Source: an uncultured Bacillota bacterium
Lineage (GTDB): Bacteria; Bacillota; Clostridia; Christensenellales; UBA1242
Direction of reading: 5' to 3'
Assembly: GCA_900544595.1 (NCBI GenBank)
Contig: UQVQ01000004.1
Location: 64,275-128,274, forward strand
Length of the DNA: 64,000 nucleotides
The first letter of the stretch is position 1, and each line of letters opens with the position of its first letter. Positions 28,719-38,595 of this stretch are shown here, in pieces. The position numbers and the translations under genes were made by a program. Under the pieces are notes generated by a model that was not told the origin of the DNA, did no database searches, and saw only the letters and a list, made by a program, of their open reading frames with translations.

Positions 28719-31700
28719 ATGAAAAGATTAGCAGTATATTTCTCAGTGCTCGTTGGATGTTTATTCATTGGTTTAACAACCTACTATATGGTTAAGAACT
28801 ATGAATGCATAACAATTAACTATCCATCGGCAGATGAATTAGGCCTTGATGCAATTTATCTTAATGTTGGAGAAGAAACGAATTTGGAAATTTCCCACAC
28901 AAGAAAACAAACCCAACTTCACAGTTCTTTAACTAATCAAGATATTATTTCGTTTGACCTTGAAACAGGAAAAATTGTTGCGCTTGCAGCAGGCGAAACC
29001 GAAATCCTTATAACAACCGAAAACGAAAATTATGGGCCATTTAATTTTAAGATTAAAGTTGGAAACGGCTCAAGCGAAGCTCCATACTATATTAAGAGCG
29101 AAGCAGACCTTAGAGCAGTTGGCGGAACAAGAACCTATGGAGAAGGAAACAGCGTAAATTGGAGCGCATCGGCAAACTATAAAGTTCTTTGCGACATCAA
29201 CTTAACAGAAGGCGAATGGAAGCCTCTTTGCAACGATCCAAATGTTCCTTTCACAGGGAAACTTGAAGGAAATCAACATCCTTTCAAAATAACTGGAATG
29301 ACAATTAGAACAAATCAAGAATTTGCCGGATTCTTTGCATACATCAGCGACCTTGCAACAGTTTCGAACTTAACCTTTGTTAACCCAACAATAATTGGTC
29401 AATTTGATTTTGTTGGTGTTGTTGCTGCAATGAGCAGTGGCTCAACAATAACAAAAGTTTGGGTTGAAAATGCTTTAATTAAAGCTGCTCCATACACAAC
29501 AAGCGGAACAAGCAGTGTTTGCTTTGTTGGAGGAATTGTTGGAGCAACAGAAGGTGTTTTTGCAGGGTTTGACGGAACAAAAGCGCTTGCCGATCGTGGA
29601 ATTGTTTCAATGTGCTCTTTCCAAGGCAAAATTGGAACTTTGGAAACAGCAATTTCAATTGTTGAACAAAACGAGGTAGCTCTTTTTGAAATTGGCGGAA
29701 TAACAGGCTACGTTTTAGGAACAACCCTTCACAACAATAAAGCAGAAGTTGGTTTCGACATTGAAAAAACAATTGCAAACAAATCTTTGGAATTTGATAA
29801 GTCAACAAGAAAAGGAATTTCAATTCACGTTGGCGGAATTGCCGGAGCAATTGCAGAAAGCAACGAAATTAAATACTATGAAGATGGAACAAAGAAAATT
29901 GCAGGAACAATCTATCCAATTGTTAAAAACAACCTTGCAATTGTTAAAATCAACAACGCAACAAAAGAATGCAATGGTGTTATTGGAAATATTCCGCTTA
30001 CAGTTCAATATGTTAATGCATTTGACGGAACTCCAGCGGCACAAAGGGTTATTGGAAACTACTTCTATTCCCCAGATAACTCAATGACAAATGGCGGGTC
30101 GACACATGCAAATGCAACAACATTGTTAACGGAGATGGATCTCAAAAAACAATCTTCCTATGTAACAGATTCAACAGAAAAATGGAGCATTGGCGAGGCA
30201 CTTTCTGCATGGTCAATTGCTGAAGGCGAAGCTCCAAGAATTAACGAAATTGGAATGGAAAGCGCAACATATTTTGAGCAAGACACATATAAGATTGAAT
30301 CTAAAGAAGATTTTGTTAAATATTATAACAGAATGACATCAACATCACTTTCCGATGTTGCAAGAAGATATTGGCTTCGTCAAAACTATGTTTTAGCAAC
30401 AGATATTAACCTTGGTTCAATAACAGAAATAACAGCGTTAGAACCAATTGGCGGCGGAAAGTTTACATTCTGCGGAACATTTGACGGCGCAGGACACACA
30501 ATCACAATGCCAGAAGGATTTGTTTATGAAGGCGAAAACCTTGCCTATGCAGGTCTTTTCGGACAACTTAACACAACAGCGGAAATCAAAAATTTAACAG
30601 TTGTTGGCGTTTCAGTTAAAGGCGTTGAATATGCGGGCGCAATTGCTGGAATTAGCTATGGCAAGATAACAAATTGCGTTGTTAAAAACATAACAATTGA
30701 AGACGCAACCTATGGTGGTGCATTCGTTGGTGTTAACTATGGAATCATTTCAAGCACACTTGGCGAGGCAAACATCGATTCAACTGGTTCCGCTATTAAC
30801 ACAATTAAATCAAACAAAGAAGGCGGAAACGTTTTTGCAGGTTCCGTTGCAGCAATCAATCACGGAACAATTTCCGGAATTGAAGTTCATAACTACTTTG
30901 TTATAACAGGAAAAACTGTTAACCCTTCAAGTATCGTTGAAGGACAAGAGGGAACATCAACTGCAAAATATTTTGGTGGAATTGTTGGATATAACACAGG
31001 TCTTATTGAAAACAGTTTAATTCTTAAGAAAAAAATTGAAGACCAATCAACTTGCCGTGCATACTTTGGCGGAATTGCAGCAATTAACGCAGGAACAATT
31101 CGTGGTTGCTCGGTTGGAGCAGAAGAAGGCGGTTCAATGGGCATCATTGTTGGATCAAATGCAGAAGGAAGCCAACTTGCAGGCGGATTCGTTGCATACT
31201 TAACTCCAACAGGCGTTATTGAAAAGTCTTTCACGAACATTTCAATTGAATGCAGCACAGCATCAGGCTTTGCTCCATATCTTGTTGGAAAAGTTAGCGA
31301 ATGCTATAACATTGGAACAATCAAAGGAAACAAAGTTGGTGGATTTGCAGTTTATATGGCATTCACATCAAACAGCGACGGTGGTGCAATTGAAAACTGC
31401 TACACAAAAATGAAATTGGAAGCAGCAAGCGAAACTTCCGAACTTGCAGGTCTTGCTCTTGAAATAAGAGATCCAGCAAAAATTGAAAAATGCTATATGG
31501 CATGCGAATTTTCAGGTGGAAAAGCATACTACGAATCAAAATCGAACACTCGCGAAGGTCTTGTTAACTGGGTTACATCTTGGGCAAACAAGGGCAACAA
31601 GCTTGGAAATGTTAACAATGTTTTAATTAACAAAAACCCAAGCGAAGGCGAAGTTACAGCAAAAGAATCGAAAGCTTTAATCTCATATAATGGTCAAGTT

Positions 31701-32117
31701 GTTAAATACTTAACAAACGACGAAATTAAATCAACAGTTGGCGTTAAAGCATTCCAAGAAATGGGATTCAACATCGGTTCAACAACAGGTTGGACATATG
31801 AAGAAGGGCAAGCGCCATATCTTACAGCAGTTGAAGGACTTAACGGATTCTTCCAAGATAAAAACAACATAAACGTTGTTGATGTTCCAGAAATTGAAGA
31901 ATTCTTTGCAGACGGAACTGAAAAAGTTGCAGTAGTTGACACAGAAGAATGGACCGTTATAACAGGAAATGGCTACACAGCAAAAGCAACCGAAGCAGGA
32001 ACCTACCAAGTTGCTTTGAAGTTGAAAAACAGAAAAACTTCACGCTGGTCGGACGAAAGCGCAAACAGTGTTACTGGAATTGTTATTATAACTTGGGAAA
32101 TTAAACCAGCCGCTTAG
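28719..32117 (+). CDS. Large surface protein with Big_2-like domain and many GLUG-like repeats
   Basis: N-terminal TM/signal. AAGETEILITTENENYGPFNFKIKVG is Ig-like. Recurring GGIVG/GGIAG/AGLFG...I.N motifs. Confidence 0.7.
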   Translation: MKRLAVYFSVLVGCLFIGLTTYYMVKNYECITINYPSADELGLDAIYLNVGEETNLEISHTRKQTQLHSSLTNQDIISFDLETGKIVALAAGETEILITTENENYGPFNFKIKVGNGSSEAPYYIKSEADLRAVGGTRTYGEGNSVNWSASANYKVLCDINLTEGEWKPLCNDPNVPFTGKLEGNQHPFKITGMTIRTNQEFAGFFAYISDLATVSNLTFVNPTIIGQFDFVGVVAAMSSGSTITKVWVENALIKAAPYTTSGTSSVCFVGGIVGATEGVFAGFDGTKALADRGIVSMCSFQGKIGTLETAISIVEQNEVALFEIGGITGYVLGTTLHNNKAEVGFDIEKTIANKSLEFDKSTRKGISIHVGGIAGAIAESNEIKYYEDGTKKIAGTIYPIVKNNLAIVKINNATKECNGVIGNIPLTVQYVNAFDGTPAAQRVIGNYFYSPDNSMTNGGSTHANATTLLTEMDLKKQSSYVTDSTEKWSIGEALSAWSIAEGEAPRINEIGMESATYFEQDTYKIESKEDFVKYYNRMTSTSLSDVARRYWLRQNYVLATDINLGSITEITALEPIGGGKFTFCGTFDGAGHTITMPEGFVYEGENLAYAGLFGQLNTTAEIKNLTVVGVSVKGVEYAGAIAGISYGKITNCVVKNITIEDATYGGAFVGVNYGIISSTLGEANIDSTGSAINTIKSNKEGGNVFAGSVAAINHGTISGIEVHNYFVITGKTVNPSSIVEGQEGTSTAKYFGGIVGYNTGLIENSLILKKKIEDQSTCRAYFGGIAAINAGTIRGCSVGAEEGGSMGIIVGSNAEGSQLAGGFVAYLTPTGVIEKSFTNISIECSTASGFAPYLVGKVSECYNIGTIKGNKVGGFAVYMAFTSNSDGGAIENCYTKMKLEAASETSELAGLALEIRDPAKIEKCYMACEFSGGKAYYESKSNTREGLVNWVTSWANKGNKLGNVNNVLINKNPSEGEVTAKESKALISYNGQVVKYLTNDEIKSTVGVKAFQEMGFNIGSTTGWTYEEGQAPYLTAVEGLNGFFQDKNNINVVDVPEIEEFFADGTEKVAVVDTEEWTVITGNGYTAKATEAGTYQVALKLKNRKTSRWSDESANSVTGIVIITWEIKPAA

Positions 32118-32125
32118 TTTAAATT

Positions 32126-32167
32126 AAAAAACTTTTATGCCAAACATTTGCATAAAAGTTTTTTTTA
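32126..32167 (+). terminator. Rho-independent terminator
   Basis: AACTTTTATGC-loop-GCATAAAAGTT plus T-run. Confidence 0.8.
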
Positions 32168-32182
32168 TGCAATAATAACACC

Positions 32183-32599
32183 GTGAAGCGCGGAAGAATT
32201 ATGGCTCTTGATTATGGCGAAGTTCGAATTGGAATTGCTTTTTCCGACTTGCTTTTAACAATTGCTTCTCCCTATGAAACATATAAAAGAAAGGGCGAAG
32301 AAATTGACCTTGAATTTTTTAAAAACCTTGCAAAAGAAAAAGAAGTTTCAAAAATTGTTATTGGGCTTCCAATGAACATGGACGGAACGGAAGGAGAAAG
32401 GGCTTTTAAAACTCGAGAATTTGGGGAAAAATTAAAAGCAATGTGCGAACTTGAGATTGAATATGTTGACGAACGCCTAACATCTGTTGAAGCGGAGGAA
32501 ATGTTAATTCAATCGGGAATGCGCCGCGAAAAACGCAAGCAGGTTATCGATAAGGTTGCCGCCGCGCTTATTTTAGAAAGTTATTTAAATAGACGCTAA
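32183..32599 (+). CDS. ruvX: Holliday junction resolvase-like RuvX/YqgF
   Basis: RIMALDYGEVRIGIAFSD. Start is either GTG 32183 or ATG 32201. Confidence 0.85.
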   Translation: MKRGRIMALDYGEVRIGIAFSDLLLTIASPYETYKRKGEEIDLEFFKNLAKEKEVSKIVIGLPMNMDGTEGERAFKTREFGEKLKAMCELEIEYVDERLTSVEAEEMLIQSGMRREKRKQVIDKVAAALILESYLNRR

Positions 32600-32635
32600 A
32601 CTATTTTAAATATAAATTTATTGGAGGTTATTAAA

Positions 32636-32980
32636 ATGGCAAAAAACGAAACAAAACAAGAAGATTTAGATCTTTTGGACATCTTGCTTGACGAAAACAA
32701 TGATGAACCAATTTCTCTTTTCGACGAAGATGACAGAGAAGTTAAATTCGAACAAGTTGCAGTTATTCCAGATAACGACAAAATTTATGCAATCTTAAAA
32801 CCAATTGACGAACTTGAAGGCGTTGCCGACGACGAAGCAATTGTTTTCCTTGCAGATTATGACGAAGACGGGAACACAGTTCTTGTTGTTGAAAAAGACG
32901 AAGACACAGCAATTCGCGTTTTCGACAAATACTATCAACTTCTTGACGAAGCAGAAAAGAAAGAAAACGAAAATAAGTAA
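32636..32980 (+). CDS. DUF1292 (YrzB-like) protein
   Basis: EVKFEQVAVIPDNDKIYAILKPID...AIVFLADYDEDG. Follows ruvX, as in Bacillus yrrK-yrzB. GGAGG SD before ATG 32636. Confidence 0.75.
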   Translation: MAKNETKQEDLDLLDILLDENNDEPISLFDEDDREVKFEQVAVIPDNDKIYAILKPIDELEGVADDEAIVFLADYDEDGNTVLVVEKDEDTAIRVFDKYYQLLDEAEKKENENK

Positions 32981-32991
32981 TTAAAACATTT

Positions 32992-33026
32992 AAAAAAAAC
33001 AAGGCAATGTTCGCCTTGTTTTTTTA
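32992..33026. terminator. Bidirectional terminator
   Basis: AACAAGGC-loop-GCCTTGTT with A/T runs. Confidence 0.75.
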
Positions 33027-33202
33027 TGAGAATAAAAGGAAAAAATTTTTTAATTTTAAGGTGTTTTTGAAAAATTTGTTAGTTTACTAAAAACTTTCAA
33101 CATTATACTCTTTTAACATCGTTGTTAAAATCTAGCACCAAGAATGTTAAAAATAATAATTTTATAATGCTTTAACAAGATATAACATTCTATATAGAAA
33201 TA

Positions 33203-34012
33203 TTAAGCGCCTTCAATAATCATTTTGTCGGCAACAAGAGCAATAAACTCGCCGTTTGTTGGCTTTTCGTTGCTGCTGTAAACTCTAAGTCCAAAAATTG
33301 AGTTAATATTTTCAATTTTTCCGCGGTTCCATGCAACTTCAATTGCGTGGCGAATTGCGCGTTCAACTTTGCTTGCGCTTGTTTCAAATTTCTCGGCAAT
33401 TGCAGGGTAGAGTTGTTTTGTTATTGAATTGATAATTTCTGGGTTGTCAATTGCGAGTTTAATTGCCTCGCGCAAGAATTGATAGCCTTTAATGTGCGCT
33501 GGAATTCCAACGGTTATGAAAATGTTGGTTATTTTTTCTTCAATAATTTTTGCTTTATATTTTTCGCTTGCGTTTTCAATTGTAACATCTTTTGAAAAAA
33601 CTGTTGAAATTTGTTTTGTTTTTTCCGCGCAAACTTCTTTAACTCTGTCAAGCAAAACATTTTCGTTAATTGGTTTAATCATGAAATAGTTAACACCAAG
33701 TTGCATTGCTTTGTTAATAAAACCTTCGTGTGCAAGAGAAGATGTTATAACAACTTTTGGCTTTTTCATAATTTCGTTTGTTTTTGATATGTTTTCAATT
33801 AAAGCAAATCCATCTAATCCTGGCAAAACAAGATCCATAATTAATATGTCTGCATTAACTTTTTTTAATAAATCAAAGGTTTCAAGCCCGTCGCCGCTTT
33901 CCCCAACAATTTCAAAGTTCTTTTCTTTTTTAAATGTTTCAATGATATTTTTTCTAAGTTCTGCATTGCAATCTGCAATAAAAATTTTTGTTTTCGAATT
34001 TTCTTCGCTCAA
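33203..34012 (-). CDS. spo0A: Sporulation master regulator Spo0A
   Basis: Receiver domain plus the Spo0A signature SASKVERAIRHAIEVAWNRG. TTG start with AGGAGGG SD. Confidence 0.93.
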   Translation of the reverse strand: MSEENSKTKIFIADCNAELRKNIIETFKKEKNFEIVGESGDGLETFDLLKKVNADILIMDLVLPGLDGFALIENISKTNEIMKKPKVVITSSLAHEGFINKAMQLGVNYFMIKPINENVLLDRVKEVCAEKTKQISTVFSKDVTIENASEKYKAKIIEEKITNIFITVGIPAHIKGYQFLREAIKLAIDNPEIINSITKQLYPAIAEKFETSASKVERAIRHAIEVAWNRGKIENINSIFGLRVYSSNEKPTNGEFIALVADKMIIEGA

Positions 34013-34139
34013 TTTTTTGCCCTCCTAATTTGGCATCTTGCCGATAATTAAAGGGTAGCACAAAGTTATTTTAAAATGAATATTTTTGCCAAAATAATTT
34101 TGCAAATAAAATCGAATAATGTAAACAAATGAAACAAAA

Positions 34140-34146
34140 TGTCGAA
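34140..34146. promoter_or_regulatory. Consensus 0A box (TGTCGAA) upstream of spo0A
   Basis: Exact 7-mer about 130 nt upstream of the spo0A start. Confidence 0.35.
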
Positions 34147-34300
34147 AACCTTTTGAAAATTTGTAAATTATCTAAAAAAATAACCTCAAAACAAAAAATA
34201 TTTATTGTTTCAACAAAAAATTATAAAAAATGAGTAAATATCTCTTGAAATATTATTTTTATCATTTATAATATATCTCGTCACAAAAAAAGGAAAAACT

Positions 34301-35632
34301 ATGGAACACATTTTAGAAAACATTAAAAAGCTTAACTTAATTAAACGCGGCGACACAATTGGCGTTGCTGTTAGCGGGGGAAGAGACTCAATGGCTCTTT
34401 TGCATTATCTTTCTTCATTGCAAAACGAACTTGATTTTGAGGTTGTTGCAATTCATATTGACCATTCTCTTCGCGAAACGAGCGGCGACGACGCAATGTT
34501 TGTTATGAGTTATTGCAAACGCAATCATATTCGCGCATATAAGTTTAAAATTGATGTTGCAACTCTTGCAAAGCAAAAGAACCAATCAATTGAAACAGCG
34601 GCTCGCGAAGCTCGCTATGGAGTTTTTGAATCGCTTGTTAAAAAAGGAATTGTTGATAAAATTGCCTTGGCGCATCACGCCGAAGACCAAGCCGAAACAA
34701 TTTTGCTCCACCTTTTGCGCGGTTCAGGTCTTTCCGGGGCAAGAGGAATGGAATATGAAAAACGCGGAATCTACATTCGTCCAATGCTTGAAACAAAACG
34801 CAGCGAAATTCAAAGATATATAAATGATAACGACATTGCTTTTGTTGAAGACGAAACTAACAAAGAAGATGTTTATCAACGCAACTACATTCGAAACAAG
34901 GTTATGCCTTTAATTGTTTCTCGTTTTCCAAATGCCGTTGAGGCTCTTAATTCTTTCGCAAACGCTTGCAAAGAAGACGATAATTTCATTTCAAGCCAAG
35001 TTATGACCGAAGCCTTAATTTTGGAAAATCCAAAAACAGTTAAAATTCCTTGCGCATGTTTCCTTGGCGCACCTTCGCTTTCCTCTCGTCTTGTTTTCAA
35101 AGCTCTTGATATGATTGGAATTTATAAGGACATTGAAAGAAAACATATTGAAATCATTAAAAACCTTGCAATAAACGGTCAAAACGGAGCGAAAGTTAAA
35201 CTTCCAATGGATGTTTTGGCGCATAAAGAATATGATTACATTACATTAACAAATGAGCAAAAAGAAGTTAAGGTTTTAAATCTTGAATTCAAATGCGGAA
35301 CATTTATGATTGACGGATTTGGAAAACTTGTTGTTAAGAAAACAAATAATCCACAAATTTCCGAAGATAATTTAATTATCGACGCAAAAAAACTTCCAAA
35401 AAATGTTTCCTGGCGTTTCAGAAGGGAGGGCGACGAAATAACAAAATTTGGCGGCGGAACACAAAAACTTAAAACATATCTTTCCCAAAAGAAAATTCCT
35501 CTTCGTCAGCGCGACACTATTCCAGTTCTTGCATCCGACAGCGAAATCTACGTTGTTGCAGGTGTTGGAATAAGCGACAAAGTTAGAATTGACGAAACAA
35601 CAAAACAAGCATACAAAATTGAACAAAAATAA
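34301..35632 (+). CDS. tilS: tRNA(Ile)-lysidine synthase
   Basis: GVAVSGGRDSMALLH PP-loop. Confidence 0.9.
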   Translation: MEHILENIKKLNLIKRGDTIGVAVSGGRDSMALLHYLSSLQNELDFEVVAIHIDHSLRETSGDDAMFVMSYCKRNHIRAYKFKIDVATLAKQKNQSIETAAREARYGVFESLVKKGIVDKIALAHHAEDQAETILLHLLRGSGLSGARGMEYEKRGIYIRPMLETKRSEIQRYINDNDIAFVEDETNKEDVYQRNYIRNKVMPLIVSRFPNAVEALNSFANACKEDDNFISSQVMTEALILENPKTVKIPCACFLGAPSLSSRLVFKALDMIGIYKDIERKHIEIIKNLAINGQNGAKVKLPMDVLAHKEYDYITLTNEQKEVKVLNLEFKCGTFMIDGFGKLVVKKTNNPQISEDNLIIDAKKLPKNVSWRFRREGDEITKFGGGTQKLKTYLSQKKIPLRQRDTIPVLASDSEIYVVAGVGISDKVRIDETTKQAYKIEQK

Positions 35633-35791
35633 TTTTAAAAAAGAAACTTAACAAAAAGGCTAGGTTTCTTTTTTTTATTATCAAGTTTAACTAAATATAA
35701 GCGTTATTAAGTTTTTGTCTATATGTCAGCAGGGCAGCGATTCTGCGCCGCTCAACAAGATTTTTAAGACAAAAACTTATTTTTTATATCA

Positions 35792-36103
35792 TTATCTTCC
35801 GCTTCCCATGTTATTTTTGCTGTTAATTCGCGCGGAGTATTTTTCAAGAGCCATGTCAAGCGATTGTTCTGCGCTTATATTAAGTTCGTTTGCAAGAGCG
35901 AGAAGAGAGTATAAAACGTCGCCAAATTCCATTTTAAAATCTTCAGTAACAGAAAAATCTTCTGTTCCATATCTCGTTGCTTTAAGATATTCCTTTGAAA
36001 GTTCACCAAGTTCACTTTGAATGTCTAAAAGACGCGCAAAAGTTGGGGCTGGCTTTCTGTGGCATGGCATATTTTCGTTAAATTGTTTAACCTTGTTTTG
36101 CAT
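35792..36103 (-). CDS. MazG-like nucleotide pyrophosphohydrolase (small, single domain)
   Basis: ELGELSKEY...EFGDVLYSLLALANELNI pattern. Confidence 0.65.
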   Translation of the reverse strand: MQNKVKQFNENMPCHRKPAPTFARLLDIQSELGELSKEYLKATRYGTEDFSVTEDFKMEFGDVLYSLLALANELNISAEQSLDMALEKYSARINSKNNMGSGR

Positions 36104-36117
36104 TTTTCTCTCCTTTC

Positions 36118-36828
36118 CTAATTTTTACATTCATCAACAAATCTTTCAAAAATTCGTTTTTGTTTTTCATCAATTTTTGCAAGAAGTTCTGGGTGATATT
36201 TAATTCCAATGAAAAATCTCTTGTTCTTTGCTTCAACAACTTCCGCCTGGCCATCGTCCGAAACGGCAACAACGGAAAGTTCGCTTGGAATTTGCGTGCC
36301 AATGTAGGTGTGGAGGCTGTTAACTTCAAAGTTTTCTTCTTTTACAATAGAGTAGTATAAACTGTCTTTGTCAACGATTTTGCAACCGTGGGCATAAACA
36401 AGGTCTTCGCGATTATGTCTTTCTGGGTTTGAAATAAGTTCTGCCTTTCCTCCAAGCCCGCGAATTATGTTGTTATATCCTGCGCAAATTCCAATTAAAG
36501 GAATGTTGTTTTCATAGCAATATTTTGCAACAAATTCTTCATAGTTGTGTGACGCAATTCCGCCTTGCAAAATAACTCCACTGCAAAGTTGTAAACACTC
36601 AATTAAGTCAGCTTTTTCTTGCTCGGTTAAAAGTGTGATTTCGCTTTCGTCTTTTTTGTTAAAATTTTCGCGAAGAGTTTGTGGCAAAATTGCAATTGCA
36701 AGCCCGCCGCAGTCGTAAATAACGCGCCTAAGCGGGTCGCTTATCCTTTGAAAAGACCAATGATACACATCGGCCTCGCAACTGTAATCAATGTTTTTCG
36801 AAACAATTCCAATAAATGGCTTTTTCAT
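36118..36828 (-). CDS. Class I glutamine amidotransferase / peptidase C26 (gamma-glutamyl hydrolase-like)
   Basis: GICAGYN nucleophile elbow and YHPE near the C-terminus. Confidence 0.7.
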   Translation of the reverse strand: MKKPFIGIVSKNIDYSCEADVYHWSFQRISDPLRRVIYDCGGLAIAILPQTLRENFNKKDESEITLLTEQEKADLIECLQLCSGVILQGGIASHNYEEFVAKYCYENNIPLIGICAGYNNIIRGLGGKAELISNPERHNREDLVYAHGCKIVDKDSLYYSIVKEENFEVNSLHTYIGTQIPSELSVVAVSDDGQAEVVEAKNKRFFIGIKYHPELLAKIDEKQKRIFERFVDECKN

Positions 36829-36890
36829 ATTCCCTCTCTAAAACTTTATCATATTTTTATAAAAAAGAAAAGCACAACAAAAAGTTATGC

Positions 36891-37391
36891 CTAAACATAT
36901 TCCTGATTTTCGTTTGCTTTTTCAAACTCAAAATTTTCTTTTGCCGTGAGGGTTGCAAGTTCTATAATTCGGTTTCCAATGTCGCCCCAGTTAAGAGTTT
37001 TTTCGGCATCTTTTGGGGGAATTAAAAGTCTTTCATAGGTTATGCCGGAATCTGGGTCGGGCTGACGCTTTCCAATTTTCAAAATTTTAGCAACCATTCG
37101 AACTTGCGCAAAGGGCTTTTCGCCGTTTTCAAGGTCAACCTTTTGATAGCCAAGATAAATTGGCTTGTCAATTGTTGTGTTAATTTCTTCAAGAAGTTCA
37201 CGTTTAAGTGTTGCAACAAGGTTTTCATCGAAAACTTCTGGTGTTCCGCCCGAAAGCGAAAAGAAAGGTTTTCCGTTAAGCATTTTCTTCATCAAAAGAA
37301 TTCTTTTGTCGTTTGAAAAAAGAACACCATAAACCTGCTTAATTTGTAAATCCTTTGGAACTTCTTCTTCATGCCAAGATAATTTTGTCAT
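36891..37391 (-). CDS. NUDIX hydrolase
   Basis: Nudix box GGTPEVFDENLVATLKRELLEEIN. Confidence 0.75.
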   Translation of the reverse strand: MTKLSWHEEEVPKDLQIKQVYGVLFSNDKRILLMKKMLNGKPFFSLSGGTPEVFDENLVATLKRELLEEINTTIDKPIYLGYQKVDLENGEKPFAQVRMVAKILKIGKRQPDPDSGITYERLLIPPKDAEKTLNWGDIGNRIIELATLTAKENFEFEKANENQEYV

Positions 37392-37461
37392 TTGTCTTCC
37401 CTAATATTAGTCTATTTTCTTTTAAGAAAAATGTCAAGGAATTAAAAAACGGCTTGTTTTG

Positions 37462-37926
37462 CTAAGCTTTTTTAATAACCCCGCAGGCAATTCTTGCTCC
37501 AGAGTTTCCGGAAGGCTGAGTTGTGAAATCGTCATAACCGTCGTGAATTATAACCGACTTGCCAATTATTTCGCTTGGAGTGAATCTGTTTGTTAAAACA
37601 AGCGAAATTGCCGTTCCGCTTGCAGAAAGAAGGGGAGGAAGGTCGCCAGAGTGAAGCGGGTGCGTTCCTTCGCCATAATGCCCGCCCGCGGAAGAAAAAT
37701 CACCGTCGCATTCGCCGTTTTCGTGGATGTGCATTGCAAAAAAGTTTGTTTCTGTTTTTGGAAGATTGGAAATTTCACTTAAAACCAAAACCCCATCTTT
37801 GCATGAGAAAAACTTAACAAAGCCGTGAGTTTCCTTGCTTTCTTCGCCCCCAGCAATCTTGGCAATTGCAAAAGGTCTTGTTAAAAAAGGAATTTGAAAA
37901 TAATTTGTGTTTTGAACTTTGAACAT
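37462..37926 (-). CDS. sodC: Cu/Zn superoxide dismutase family protein without a signal peptide
   Basis: MHIHENGEC, GGHYG, HPLHSGDLP, IIHDG and ARIACGVI motifs. Confidence 0.75.
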   Translation of the reverse strand: MFKVQNTNYFQIPFLTRPFAIAKIAGGEESKETHGFVKFFSCKDGVLVLSEISNLPKTETNFFAMHIHENGECDGDFSSAGGHYGEGTHPLHSGDLPPLLSASGTAISLVLTNRFTPSEIIGKSVIIHDGYDDFTTQPSGNSGARIACGVIKKA

Positions 37927-38053
37927 AACTTCTTTTATGATTCAATTTAGATTTATGTGAGTATTATAAGTAAAATTTATATCATAAATAAATTTTTTGT
38001 AATTTACAATATATCACTTGTGGGATAAAATGGTTTATGAAAGGAGAAAATGT

Positions 38054-38572
38054 ATGAATTATTTATCACAAACAGAAAACAAACATTTTTATTACAGCGG
38101 GAAAAATTGTTTGTTTAACACTAACTCGGAGGTCTGTATTCAATATGTCGACCCAAATGTGAACTATTTCAATGGGGAGGAGTCGTCTGCAAAATTCTAT
38201 CCTTCTGGCGCACTTTTAACAACAAAAAAAGACTATCAAATTAACATAACTTTTGTTAAAAACAACGGTGAAAGATTGTTTTCTGTTAATAAGGCAAAGT
38301 TCGATTGCGACATGGGTGTTTTCGATGCAAATGCACTTGTTTGCGGGTCGGGTGTTTTAGTCAGTTATGAAAACTATGACCAAACAACAAGTTACGATTA
38401 CTATACATATTCTGGAATGCAACTTAAAGAAACGGATTTTAACAAACTTTGCGCAAAAGTTAAAAAATTTGAAGAAAATTTTGGATTTTATTATGACCCT
38501 GCGCAAAAGCCAAGCAAGAACTCCGACAGTTTTATTGGAAAAATTCTTCGCGAAAACGGAATGGAAAAATAA
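38054..38572 (+). CDS. Hypothetical protein
   Basis: ORF with AAAGGAG SD before ATG 38054; no recognisable motif. Confidence 0.45.
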   Translation: MNYLSQTENKHFYYSGKNCLFNTNSEVCIQYVDPNVNYFNGEESSAKFYPSGALLTTKKDYQINITFVKNNGERLFSVNKAKFDCDMGVFDANALVCGSGVLVSYENYDQTTSYDYYTYSGMQLKETDFNKLCAKVKKFEENFGFYYDPAQKPSKNSDSFIGKILRENGMEK

Positions 38573-38595
38573 AAAAGGACGAACAAAAATTCGTC

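Noticed and set aside
35792-37926. MazG-like/NUDIX/amidotransferase/SOD run as a possible nucleotide-depletion defence island
   Set aside because: There is no nuclease, sensor NTPase, or effector or toxin partner. 62-70 nt gaps suggest separate transcription. All four are common housekeeping families.
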